Source: Patescibacteria group bacterium (GTDB lineage: Bacteria > Patescibacteriota > Minisyncoccia > Phycocordibacterales > PALSA-1337). From it: a stretch of 64,000 nt of DNA. The stretch spans positions 11,995 to 75,994 of the forward strand of contig JAZKJN010000010.1 in NCBI GenBank assembly GCA_040384285.1. Reading direction: 5' to 3'. Below are positions 18,414-27,720 of this stretch, one piece after another; positions within the stretch are counted from its first letter, which is position 1; each line of letters opens with the position of its first letter. The notes beneath the pieces were generated by a model. The model was not told the DNA's origin, made no database searches, and saw only the letters and a program-made list of their open reading frames with translations. A program made the translations under genes and the position numbers.

Positions 18414-20082
18414 AATCTTCTATCGTAATAACACGCTCGAGCTCGTCGAGAGATGTCACTCCTTGAAGGATTTTTATTACCCCGTCCTGTTTCAATGTAG
18501 GGATTCCCTGTGGAAGGGAAGCTTTTTCGATTTCTTCAGAACTTGGATTGCTATCGATCACGGTCACAACCTCTGGACTGAGCTTGAGTCCTTCGTAAAT
18601 ACCAATTCGTCCCTTGTATCCAGTCTGATTACATTTTTCACAGCCACCTGCAGTGAAAATAGTGTCAGGCATTGGAGGGATATCATTCTTGTCGTAAATT
18701 CCTGCAACAACTTCATCAATTTTTCTTTTTACTTCACCTTCAATGGCAACAGGCTTTTTACAATCAGGACATAGTCGTCGCACAAGTCGCTGTGCCATGG
18801 CGATGTTGATCGATGAACTCATGATTTTTGAATTGATGCCGAGGTCAATGAGGCGGGGGAATGCTCCGGCCGCGCTGTTTGTGTGGAGTGTTGAAAATAC
18901 GAGGTGACCTGTGAGGGAAGAGTTGATAGCAATAGACGCAGTCTCTCCATCTCGGATCTCACCGATCATGATGACGTCAGGATCTTGTCGCAGTGCTGAA
19001 CGAAGTCCGTCGAGAAATGTATACCCCTTGTCATTTGTCTGGGTCTGCACGATTCCGGGGAGGTGGTACTCGATAGGGTCTTCGATGGTGATAATTTTTA
19101 CAGTTGGGTTGTGTACCTTTTTTAGGAAGGCGTAGAGGGTTGTGGTCTTTCCGGAACCAGTAGGTCCTGTGGTGAGAAGCATTCCGTTTGGCTTTGTGAT
19201 TTCTCGCAAAAGAACAGAAAGAAGCTTTGGGGGAATACCAAGCTCTTCCAAAGGTACGCCAATAGACTTTGGATTGAGTATTCGCATTACCACTGACTCG
19301 TTGTAGGCGCCGGGGAGGATAGATGTTCGGATTTCAATATCACTATCACCAATGTGCACGCTGAAACGACCATCCTGCGCATCTTTTTTTATATTGAGTT
19401 TGAGGCCTGAGAGCAATTTGATACGAGACAGAAGGAGATTGTAGGTATCTCGGTCAAAGTTCAAAACATTTACGAGAACTCCGTCGAGACGGTAGCGGAG
19501 ACGAATATATTCTTCCTCAGGCTCGATGTGGATGTCGGAAGCTCCGGTAGCGAGCGATCCCGCAAGGATAGTTTCCAAAATACGTGAGACACGATAGCTC
19601 TTTTTCATCGAAAGGGTGTTTTCTAGTATCGAGATCACGGTAGGGAGGCCTTTTGCTTTTGCTACGATTTCAGAAATCTCTTCACTAGAGACTTCGAGTG
19701 ATCCGGCTTTTGATTCATAGGCAAAAGAGAGGTCTTTGTATGAGTTCCATGCTTTTTCAAGACTTGCAGTCGAGCAGATATAGAGCGTCGGCTCAAAATT
19801 TTTGTTTTTAAGATCCGCCATCATCTCTTGTACTTCTATTGCATCGGGCTGGCGTGTAGCGATCTTTACCTTCTTATCAACAAGAGAAAATGCCGCCATT
19901 TTTCCTGCACGAGCAAGTTTTTCTTCGATGAGTCGGAGAGCGTCGGTGTTGATGAGTGTTACCGTAAGATCAATGTATTCGACGTTGTACTTTGTCGACA
20001 TAAGCTGCACAAGGTCCTCTTCCTCGCTTTTGTGCAAGTCATTCAGTCTGCGTATTTGCTTGTCTTCATCAAACTGGATCAT
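18412..20082 (-). CDS. pilB: Type IV pilus / T2SS assembly ATPase (PilB/GspE)
   Basis: ASDIHIEP, TGPTGSGKTT, LRQDPD, GHLVFSTLH, Zn-binding CPDC..CEKC. Confidence 0.95.
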   Translation of the reverse strand: MIQFDEDKQIRRLNDLHKSEEEDLVQLMSTKYNVEYIDLTVTLINTDALRLIEEKLARAGKMAAFSLVDKKVKIATRQPDAIEVQEMMADLKNKNFEPTLYICSTASLEKAWNSYKDLSFAYESKAGSLEVSSEEISEIVAKAKGLPTVISILENTLSMKKSYRVSRILETILAGSLATGASDIHIEPEEEYIRLRYRLDGVLVNVLNFDRDTYNLLLSRIKLLSGLKLNIKKDAQDGRFSVHIGDSDIEIRTSILPGAYNESVVMRILNPKSIGVPLEELGIPPKLLSVLLREITKPNGMLLTTGPTGSGKTTTLYAFLKKVHNPTVKIITIEDPIEYHLPGIVQTQTNDKGYTFLDGLRSALRQDPDVIMIGEIRDGETASIAINSSLTGHLVFSTLHTNSAAGAFPRLIDLGINSKIMSSSINIAMAQRLVRRLCPDCKKPVAIEGEVKRKIDEVVAGIYDKNDIPPMPDTIFTAGGCEKCNQTGYKGRIGIYEGLKLSPEVVTVIDSNPSSEEIEKASLPQGIPTLKQDGVIKILQGVTSLDELERVITIED

Positions 20083-20142
20083 GTTGGTGTAATTATATCG
20101 TAGATTGACATAAGGATGAAATCTGATTTACTTAACAACACT

Positions 20143-20202
20143 ATGTTACTTTCTGCGACAATATCTACCTGGTCTGGATTTGCTTACGCCGCTCAGAGCT
20201 AA
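20143..20202 (+). CDS. Putative attenuator leader peptide MLLSATISTWSGFAYAAQS
   Basis: 19-codon ORF after TTGACA (20105-20110); overlaps segment 1 of alternative stems. Confidence 0.55.
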   Translation: MLLSATISTWSGFAYAAQS

Positions 20203-20256
20203 ACGAGAGGCGGCTTTTAACTTTGAAAAACCGCTTCTCATGGGCGGCTTTTTGTT
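20188..20256 (+). promoter_or_regulatory. Transcription attenuator (1:2, 2:3 antiterminator, 3:4 terminator)
   Basis: GCCGC/GCGGC; GAGAGGCGG/CCGCTTCTC (9 bp); CCGCTT/GGGCGG followed by T-tract. Confidence 0.65.
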
Positions 20257-20287
20257 GGCACACTAATACAGTTAAAGAATAAATACC

Positions 20288-21562
20288 ATGAATAATTTTG
20301 AAAGATATTACGAGACAATAGAATTTTTAGAAGGACTATCCAACCTGCCACTGAAGGGCGACTATATGGTGAGGAGAGGAAATCTTGATGCATATCTCAA
20401 AAAGATGCGACACTTTTTGGAATTGCTCGGAAATCCTGACCATGCCTATAAAATAATCCACATTACCGGAACTTCTGGAAAGGGGAGCGTTACAAACATA
20501 CTTCATGAAGTTCTGCATGCTTCTGGCAAAAAGGTCGGTTCTTTTACTTCTCCTTTCGTTACAACCTCTATTGAAAAAATACGTGTAGGTGAATTATTTA
20601 TTTCTCCTGACGAACTTGCTGATATTGTCGATTATCTCAAGCCATACATAGAACAAGAATATCTACACAGTCCTTACGGGAGACCGTCATATTTCGAAAT
20701 ATTCCTAGCTATCGCTCTCGTGTATTTTCAAAGACAAAAATGTGAGTGGGTGGTACTTGAAGTAGGTCTCGGTGGAAGATATGACGCAACAAACGTCATT
20801 GCACCTCCTGTTATTTCTGCAATTACAAATATTGATTACGATCATACGAGTATTCTAGGAAAGACGCTCCGAGAAATTGCACATGATAAGGCTGGGATTA
20901 TAAAAAAGGGATCAGACTTTTTTACGACGGAAAATCGATCACCACTGCTCAAGAAGTTTAGGGAGATATGTAAAAACAAAAAAGCTATTTTCCATCTAGT
21001 TTCTTCAGGAAAAGATTACCGGAAATCGAACACAGACCTCGTTGCTTCTATTGCCCGACATGTAGGGGTTTCGGAGGGGGATATTGCGACTGGGATTAAA
21101 AAAGCTTCTCTGCCATGTCGCTTTGAAGTTGTACAAAAGAAACCTCTCGTGATTCTTGATGGTGCACACAATCGAGCAAAGATGCGCAGTACTGTAGCGA
21201 ATCTAAAAAATGTTTCTTTCGATAAACTCCACCTCGTTATAGGTATGGCAGACAACAAAGACGATCAATCAATTCTCAAAGAAATAATTCCTCTTGCTGA
21301 TAGTGTCTACATAACTCGATTTCAAATCAAAGATAGAAAATGTGCACATCCAAAAGTCCTTGCAAAGAGATGTGAAAAGTTTTTGCGCAAAGGTGTGGAT
21401 GTAAGTACCTATCTCGACTCTCACCAGGCGTTGTCTCGCGCATTGTCTCAGGCAAAAGGAAACGATCTCGTTCTGGTCACAGGGTCCTTTTTCTTAGCAG
21501 GGGATCTACGAAAAAGATGGGTTCCTGAGAAAACCATTTTAACAAGACGAAAAAGTTTCTAA
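20288..21562 (+). CDS. folC: Folylpolyglutamate synthase / dihydrofolate synthase family
   Basis: IHITGTSGKGS, LEVGLGGRYDATN, DHTSILG, LDGAHN, TGSFFL. Confidence 0.93.
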   Translation: MNNFERYYETIEFLEGLSNLPLKGDYMVRRGNLDAYLKKMRHFLELLGNPDHAYKIIHITGTSGKGSVTNILHEVLHASGKKVGSFTSPFVTTSIEKIRVGELFISPDELADIVDYLKPYIEQEYLHSPYGRPSYFEIFLAIALVYFQRQKCEWVVLEVGLGGRYDATNVIAPPVISAITNIDYDHTSILGKTLREIAHDKAGIIKKGSDFFTTENRSPLLKKFREICKNKKAIFHLVSSGKDYRKSNTDLVASIARHVGVSEGDIATGIKKASLPCRFEVVQKKPLVILDGAHNRAKMRSTVANLKNVSFDKLHLVIGMADNKDDQSILKEIIPLADSVYITRFQIKDRKCAHPKVLAKRCEKFLRKGVDVSTYLDSHQALSRALSQAKGNDLVLVTGSFFLAGDLRKRWVPEKTILTRRKSF

Positions 21563-21578
21563 ATAACAAATCAAAATA

Positions 21579-21929
21579 ATGGCCAAAATACTTATATCAG
21601 GAATAGTTTTAAGATCTATAGATAAAATTAAAACTGCTGAGTTTTATTCGAGGCTCGGCCTCGTTATTCATGATCATCAACATGGAGGACCAATGCATTA
21701 TGAGGTCAAAGATGTATCTAAAGATTTTGTTGTTGAAATATATCAGAACTCAGAAAAGTTTTGTCGGGATGCCCTCATGATTGAAGTTGAACACATGCAA
21801 GATGCTCTCGATGCACTCAAAGAATTCTGTGGAAACGAAACCTTACATCAAAAGGAGGCAGCCACAATGAGATTCGTCTATATCAAGGATCCAGACGGTA
21901 GGGACGTCATGCTCATTGAGCAAAAATAA
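21579..21929 (+). CDS. VOC/glyoxalase family protein
   Basis: EFYSRLGL, HGGPMHY, IKDPDGRDVML. Confidence 0.85.
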   Translation: MAKILISGIVLRSIDKIKTAEFYSRLGLVIHDHQHGGPMHYEVKDVSKDFVVEIYQNSEKFCRDALMIEVEHMQDALDALKEFCGNETLHQKEAATMRFVYIKDPDGRDVMLIEQK

Positions 21930-22042
21930 CCTTATTTCTAGCCCTAAAATACCTTGACTTTACTCATATATATGTGATATAATATATGAGTAGGTGAGGG
22001 TATGGTATCTTCACTGCATTCAACTCAAACAAGTTCCGTTTT

Positions 22043-22468
22043 ATGAAAATGTTTCAATTGCTCTTCGTCAGTTTGGTGGCGTTCGTTGCCACGGGATGCG
22101 TACAGCTTAAGCAGTACGGAATCGTCAAGGGTTGGGAAGGACCGAGTATGGAGGACATGGCGCCCGATCGGAAGCTCGGCCGTTCACAACTTCCTCCCAC
22201 AGTTGTTCCCCGGAGTTCCTACGTGTTTGATAGCGGATCTGGATATCGCTATGAGCATCGTCAGGGAACAGACACCTCGGTCACTCGCTCGTGGGATCCG
22301 TGGAGCGGACCTCGGTTCGATGTGAACAGGAACACATACGACAACACCCATGAGTCGTACACACTCCGGCCCATCTACCCTCAGACGGTAGACGTCTATC
22401 CTGAGCGTTACCCAAACGCTCCAGCAGTAGGGGTTCCACTCAGGCCATTCATCACCCAGCCGAAGTAA
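22043..22468 (+). CDS. Hypothetical lipoprotein-like ORFan
   Basis: Signal peptide with ATGC lipobox; own promoter (TTGACT 21954, TATAAT 21978) and terminator. Confidence 0.7.
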   Translation: MKMFQLLFVSLVAFVATGCVQLKQYGIVKGWEGPSMEDMAPDRKLGRSQLPPTVVPRSSYVFDSGSGYRYEHRQGTDTSVTRSWDPWSGPRFDVNRNTYDNTHESYTLRPIYPQTVDVYPERYPNAPAVGVPLRPFITQPK

Positions 22469-22481
22469 TTCGGCACACACC

Positions 22482-22528
22482 ACCCGGTGCAGTCTTCTTT
22501 CGAGGAGTTCTGCCCGGGCGGTTTTTTT
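22482..22528 (+). terminator. Intrinsic terminator
   Basis: CCCGG..GCAG/CTGC..CCGGG hairpin then T7. Confidence 0.7.
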
Positions 22529-22544
22529 ATGCTATATTTCTTTT

Positions 22545-22982
22545 ATGAAAAAGGTAATTACACACTCCCTCGAAGAAACGCAAAAGCTTGCGGCTGATTT
22601 TCTCGGCTCATTGCCGGTAGATAGGGAAGAAGCTCTCGTCGTAGGTCTCTATGGAAATCTCGGTGCAGGAAAGACGAGCTTTACTCAAGCACTCGCTCGA
22701 GAACTTGGAATTACAGAAGACATCACCAGTCCCACATTTGTAATTGAGAAAATATACGAGACTACTCATGCAAAGTTTGCTCGTCTCATACACATCGATG
22801 CATATCGTTTAGAAAATGGAAAAGAATTACAAAATCTTAATTTTGAAGCAGAGGTTTCAAACAAGAATAATTTGATTGTCATCGAATGGCCAGAGAATGT
22901 AAAAGAAATCTTGCCAGGAGGGATGACAAAGGTTCACTTTGAACACAAAGGAGGGGACAGCAGAGAGTTGTCTTTTTCCTAG
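22545..22982 (+). CDS. tsaE: tRNA threonylcarbamoyladenosine biosynthesis ATPase TsaE
   Basis: GNLGAGKT, ITSPTF, HIDAYRL, IEWP. Confidence 0.96.
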   Translation: MKKVITHSLEETQKLAADFLGSLPVDREEALVVGLYGNLGAGKTSFTQALARELGITEDITSPTFVIEKIYETTHAKFARLIHIDAYRLENGKELQNLNFEAEVSNKNNLIVIEWPENVKEILPGGMTKVHFEHKGGDSRELSFS

Positions 22983-23019
22983 ATAATTGTATTCTAGAGG
23001 GCAGAAGGAGGTGGTTTAA

Positions 23020-23223
23020 ATGCCAGCACATCTCGTCTCTCGTGGACGTGCCCTTGCCCTGCTCGGCGCACAGTTTCCTGGAAACAAGGAGGAGGTAAGG
23101 CGTGTTGCGGAAGATCTACTCACGCAACGCCCAGCCTTCTTTTTCCAAGGCCCGCTTGTTGACGTCGAAGAACTTGCTCGTACAGTTTCGTACGCACCCG
23201 AGTTCCTTCAGAGAACTGCATGA
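23020..23223 (+). CDS. Small hypothetical protein
   Basis: Strong SD AAGGAGGTG at 23005-23013; followed by GCCGG/CCGGC terminator with T7. Confidence 0.7.
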   Translation: MPAHLVSRGRALALLGAQFPGNKEEVRRVAEDLLTQRPAFFFQGPLVDVEELARTVSYAPEFLQRTA

Positions 23224-23287
23224 TCTGTCATCGCCGGTCCCTCCTGGGCCGGCTTTTTTTATTGCCCGAGAAGTGTACAATAGGGCT

Positions 23288-25687
23288 ATGTCAAAAGACT
23301 CTCCCTCTACCCACAAACGCCTCATTCTCCTCGATGCCCACGCCATTCTCCATCGCGCATATCACGCCTTGCCTGACTTCGTCTCTGTAAAAGGCGAGCC
23401 AACCGGTGGCCTCTATGGAGTCACAACTATGCTTATGAAGATCATCGATGAGCTCAAGCCTGACTATATTGTCGCTTGTTACGATCTTCCCGGTCCTACA
23501 TTTCGAAACGAAGTCTACAAGAACTACAAAGCCGGACGAAAGAAGGCTGACGGAGCCCTCGTTGCTCAGATGAAGCGATCGAGAGATATTTTTCATGCAT
23601 TCGACATACCCATCTATGACAAACCAGGTTTTGAAGCGGACGACATGCTCGGGACAATTGTCGAGAAACTGAAGAAAGACAAAGAAACTGAAATCGTCAT
23701 TGCTTCTGGTGATATGGATACATTGCAATTAGTAGACGACAAAAAAGTCCAAGTCTACACGCTTAAGAAGGGGATCAAGGATACGATTCTTTACGATGAA
23801 GATGGTGTGAAGGAACGTTTTGGTTTTGGTCCGGAACTTTTGCCCGACTACAAGGGACTTCGTGGAGACCCGTCTGACAATATCATCGGTATTGCAGGTA
23901 TCGGAGAAAAAACAGCAACCATACTCATCACGACTTTTGGATCCATCGAAAACATGTACAAGGTGCTTGAGAAAAAAGGAGGTGAAGAGAAATTTAAAGC
24001 AGTCGGGATCACGGAAAGAATTTTGAATCTTTTGAAAGAAGGAAAAGAGGAGGCACTTTTTAGCAAAATGCTTGCGACCATCCGTCGTGATGCACCGATC
24101 GATTTTAAATTGCCTGAACAGGAATTTGCCACAGCCATCGATCGTGTGAAGGTAAAAAAGCTTTTTGAAGATCTTGATTTTAGATTGCTCGGTGCACGAC
24201 TCGACTATGTGCTCGATGGGAAAAGGGTAGATACTCAAAAAGAGACTCTCGCAAAAAAGGAAGAAACATCAAAGATCCTCCAAAATATCGATCCAGAAGA
24301 ACTTAAAAAAACTTCTGTCGCACTTTGGATACTCAATTCAAATATTTCAGATCCGAAACTAGAGGATATTTTTTCTTTTGCAAAGACAGAGGATTTTACA
24401 AAGGCATCAGAAATTATCTTCTCTGAACTTGAAAAGCAGGGGTTGAAAAAAGTCTACGACGGCATCGAAGCACCCATCATACCCATTGTTGATGCAATGC
24501 AAAAGAGGGGAGTAAAGATCGATGTGAAGTTTCTCAAAGATCTTTCAAAGACCTACCATACTGAGCTTACAAAGATTGAGAAAAAGATATGGGAACTTGC
24601 GGGAGTGGAATTTAATGTGGCTTCACCAAAGCAATTGGGCGAGATTCTTTTTGACAAACTTATGCTCACCGCAAAGGGTTTGAAGAAAACAACGGGTGGT
24701 GCACGTTCGACACGTGAATCAGAACTCGAAAAGCTTCGTGATGCTCACCCTATTGTCCCACTCATCTTTGAACACCGTGAACTTTCCAAACTCCTTTCAA
24801 CATACATCGACACCATTCCTGCCCTCGTAGGGGATGATGGACGTCTGCATGCGCGCTTTGTACAGGCAGGAACTACTACAGGCCGTATGTCCTCAGAAGG
24901 TCCCAATCTTCAAAATATTCCTATAAAGACAGAGCTCGGTCGTGCCATCCGCAAAGCCTTCATCGCAGAAGATGGTTTTGTTCTCTCAGCTCTCGACTAC
25001 TCTCAGATCGAGCTACGCATCGCCGCCTTTCTTTCAAAAGATCAGAAGCTCATAGAGATTTTCACTACAGGACAGGACGTACACACAGCTGTTGCCAGTG
25101 AAGTTTTTGAAGTTCCTCTTGAAAAAGTTGATAAAGAAATGCGTCGAAAAGCAAAGGTGATCAACTTTGGAATTCTCTATGGAATGGGAGTGACGGCTTT
25201 GCGTACCAATCTCGGAGAAGGAGCAACGCGTGGAGAAGCACAAAAGTTTTATGATGATTATTTTAAAAAGTTTTCAGGACTGGCAACATATCTTGGTGCA
25301 GTAAAGGCTGATGCAGAGCGAAAGGGATATACCGAAACATATTTTGGTCGACGAAGATATTTTGAGGGTATCAAATCAAAAGTTCCTTTCATCCGTGCGA
25401 TGGCTGAGCGCATGGCGATCAATGCACCGATCCAAGGGACAAATGCAGACATCGTAAAGATCGCTATTAAACGCATCGACGACTATCTCAAGGCAGAAAA
25501 AGCAGAAGCCTTTCTCATTCTCCAGGTACACGACGAACTCGTCTATGAGATCAAGAAAGAGGGAGCAGAAAAACTTGTGGAGGGAATCAAAAAGATTATG
25601 GAATCCGTAATCGATCCGAAAGATATTTATGGTATCACCGCAGTTGCAAATGCGGAGATTGGAAACAACTGGGGGGATTTAAAATAA
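23288..25687 (+). CDS. polA: DNA polymerase I (5'-3' nuclease plus polymerase, little room for 3'-5' exonuclease)
   Basis: LLDAH, EADD, GDPSDNI, DYSQIELR, QVHDEL; start reassigned to ATG 23288. Confidence 0.97.
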   Translation: MSKDSPSTHKRLILLDAHAILHRAYHALPDFVSVKGEPTGGLYGVTTMLMKIIDELKPDYIVACYDLPGPTFRNEVYKNYKAGRKKADGALVAQMKRSRDIFHAFDIPIYDKPGFEADDMLGTIVEKLKKDKETEIVIASGDMDTLQLVDDKKVQVYTLKKGIKDTILYDEDGVKERFGFGPELLPDYKGLRGDPSDNIIGIAGIGEKTATILITTFGSIENMYKVLEKKGGEEKFKAVGITERILNLLKEGKEEALFSKMLATIRRDAPIDFKLPEQEFATAIDRVKVKKLFEDLDFRLLGARLDYVLDGKRVDTQKETLAKKEETSKILQNIDPEELKKTSVALWILNSNISDPKLEDIFSFAKTEDFTKASEIIFSELEKQGLKKVYDGIEAPIIPIVDAMQKRGVKIDVKFLKDLSKTYHTELTKIEKKIWELAGVEFNVASPKQLGEILFDKLMLTAKGLKKTTGGARSTRESELEKLRDAHPIVPLIFEHRELSKLLSTYIDTIPALVGDDGRLHARFVQAGTTTGRMSSEGPNLQNIPIKTELGRAIRKAFIAEDGFVLSALDYSQIELRIAAFLSKDQKLIEIFTTGQDVHTAVASEVFEVPLEKVDKEMRRKAKVINFGILYGMGVTALRTNLGEGATRGEAQKFYDDYFKKFSGLATYLGAVKADAERKGYTETYFGRRRYFEGIKSKVPFIRAMAERMAINAPIQGTNADIVKIAIKRIDDYLKAEKAEAFLILQVHDELVYEIKKEGAEKLVEGIKKIMESVIDPKDIYGITAVANAEIGNNWGDLK

Positions 25688-25693
25688 CTTGCG

Positions 25694-26350
25694 ATGATAT
25701 ATTTTTTCCACGGGACTGATGTAGAGAAGGCGAGGGGCAAGGCTCATGACCTCATTGAATCTTTGCAGAAGAAAAAGCCCGATGCTTCGTTTGTAAAAAT
25801 CGATGCAGAGAACTTTTCTGTACATATCCTCGACGAATATATCGGAGGACAAGGTCTTTTTGTTTCAAAAAATATTGTCTTTCTCGATCGCCTCTGTGAG
25901 AAGAAAGATATCAAGGAAGAATTTGTGGGGAAGATAAAGGAAATTGCTGAGTCAGAAAATATTTTTATTGTACTTGAAGGCAAGCTCGACAAAGTAACTT
26001 TAGGAAAGATCGAAAAGAAGGCAGAGAAAACTGCTGCTTTTGATTTTGCAGAGAAGCCAGCCAAAAAAGAATATGGAGCTTTCGCATTTGCAGATGCATT
26101 TGGGAAGAAAGATAGAAAGAATGCATGGATGCTTTATAGAAAAGCGATTGATGGAGGTGAGGCACCTGAAGCTCTACATGGAATGATCTTTTGGAAAGCA
26201 AAGACCATGATGCTTGCCGGCGGGGGATATGGATGGAGTGGTGTGGAACTCAAAAAAACTTTAGATGATCTCGTGACCGTGTATCATGATTCACGCAGGG
26301 GAGTACATGAACTTGAGACAGGGCTTGAGGCTTTTTTGTTGACAATGTAG
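25694..26350 (+). CDS. holA: DNA polymerase III delta subunit-like (short HolA)
   Basis: MIYFFHGTD, QGLF, FAFADA pattern; adjacent to polA. Confidence 0.7.
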   Translation: MIYFFHGTDVEKARGKAHDLIESLQKKKPDASFVKIDAENFSVHILDEYIGGQGLFVSKNIVFLDRLCEKKDIKEEFVGKIKEIAESENIFIVLEGKLDKVTLGKIEKKAEKTAAFDFAEKPAKKEYGAFAFADAFGKKDRKNAWMLYRKAIDGGEAPEALHGMIFWKAKTMMLAGGGYGWSGVELKKTLDDLVTVYHDSRRGVHELETGLEAFLLTM

Positions 26351-26403
26351 GAGGGGAGGAGTAAGTTTTGGAATAGAAATCGTCAACAAAATACAAAAAA
26401 GTT

Positions 26404-27297
26404 ATGGACAAATTCACATTCCTAGCTCCTTTTGGAGCAACCTTTTCTCACTTAGCGTATAACGCTTTGTCAGAGGCGTTCGAGGGTCCTCATCCAATAC
26501 TTAGGAATTACACTCCTTCTACCTCTAACGAGGATGTGCTCAGGCTAATGAAGCAAAACTCGTTTTTGGGACGTCGCTGTTACGGAGCAATTGCCATGGA
26601 GACTTCAGCGAAAGGGCGCATAACCCAATCGCTAGAGCCTTTCATTGGACTACTTTCTACGTATGGTGATACGGAATCATGTCCTTTTCATGTGGTGGGA
26701 GCAGTGAAGCTCGGTATCGACTTTTGCTGTATGGCTCGGAAAGGAATAAAACTTGAGTCTGCGACAAAAGTTATTGCTCATCAAGAGGCTTTGTTTACCT
26801 GCAGAAATTGGGTTGGGCAGATGTTACCCGAAGCCACTTCTGAGATGGTTTCGAGCAATGGAGAAGCTGCGCGTCGTGTTGCTGAAGAAGTGGGATACGA
26901 AACGTCTGTTGCTCTTGGTCCGCAGTGTGCGGCTGATATGTACGGTCTAGAAGTACTCACACAGTCATGCCAAGACACGGAAGCAAAAACCACCTTCTTT
27001 CTTCTTGCTCCATATACTCATGCGGCCATAATGGGGGAGAACAATCGGGCACTTGTTATGTTTGAGTTGCCGCACAAGCCAGGTGCTCTGGCAAAAGCAC
27101 TCACACTTTTTGCCGATCAAGCTCTCAACCTTATCCAGATCCACTCTACACATATCGGAAATCAGAACTATCACTTTGTGATTGAGCTCGATATCCGAAG
27201 GGGTGAAGAAGATTCTTTCTCACGTGCAATGAGATCTTTCCGCCGGTGTGTTAAAAGACACATCGTCTTCGGACCTTTCGAAGTTGTTTCTCGCTAA
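26404..27297 (+). CDS. Divergent prephenate dehydratase with ACT domain
   Basis: PFGATFS, SNGEAA, AADMYGL, ACT LPHKPGAL..NLIQIHS. Confidence 0.8.
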   Translation: MDKFTFLAPFGATFSHLAYNALSEAFEGPHPILRNYTPSTSNEDVLRLMKQNSFLGRRCYGAIAMETSAKGRITQSLEPFIGLLSTYGDTESCPFHVVGAVKLGIDFCCMARKGIKLESATKVIAHQEALFTCRNWVGQMLPEATSEMVSSNGEAARRVAEEVGYETSVALGPQCAADMYGLEVLTQSCQDTEAKTTFFLLAPYTHAAIMGENNRALVMFELPHKPGALAKALTLFADQALNLIQIHSTHIGNQNYHFVIELDIRRGEEDSFSRAMRSFRRCVKRHIVFGPFEVVSR

Positions 27298-27300
27298 TCA

Positions 27301-27326
27301 CACCCTGCTTCGGCAGTGGTTTTTTT
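27301..27326 (+). terminator. Intrinsic terminator with UUCG loop
   Basis: CTGC-TTCG-GCAG hairpin then T-tract. Confidence 0.75.
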
Positions 27327-27342
27327 ATTGCAAATTTAAAAA

Positions 27343-27372
27343 GAAAAAAGCGGTCGACATCGAGCCGATCGC
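27343..27372 (-). terminator. Intrinsic terminator of the large ncRNA candidate
   Basis: Minus strand GCGATCGGC-TCGAT-GTCGACCGC-TTTTTT. Confidence 0.65.
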
Positions 27373-27378
27373 TTGTGT

Positions 27379-27683
27379 GAACACATAGTAATAGTCTACC
27401 CCGCCAGAATCCCTAAGGATTCATCCAGTGTGCGTACTCGAGTAACGCACAGGTTGTTGCAATGGTTGCTCGTAACTTCCATCGATAGCAGCAGCGTCTT
27501 TAGTGTGAAGGCTCTCGCCATTCCACCTAGGCGACTGTCCGGGCTGGTCACAGATGTGGCTTTTCAATCCGCACATGTGGAGTTTGGCTTTTGGCCCTGC
27601 TCATTTCAACTCCCTTTCGTCGTTATGATCCGAGCTTGCGCTGGGTCCATATCTACCGACTTTCAACTTACTACTATGGGTTC
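27379..27683 (-). ncRNA. Large structured ncRNA candidate (~305 nt), family not recognised
   Basis: TTGACT-17-TAACCT promoter; 15-bp end-to-end helix starting at predicted +1; internal GNRA hairpins; terminator. Confidence 0.65.
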
Positions 27684-27720
27684 GGTATAAGGTTACTCCT
27701 CGATAAAATAAAAGTCAAAC

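Noticed and set aside
27343-27683. Large RNA as RNase P RNA (GAAAGUCGG resembles CR-I; AUCGGCU could mimic the P4 3' strand; AAACUCCAC present)
   Set aside because: The putative P4 3' strand lies outside the end-to-end helix and inside the terminator. There is no bulged U, no GAGGAAAGUCC and no ACAGAA..GGCUUA. A covariance search is still needed to exclude it fully.
27373-27690. 105-aa + strand ORF across the large RNA
   Set aside because: Non-ATG start, no promoter or recognisable motif; antisense to a unit with a clear promoter and terminator
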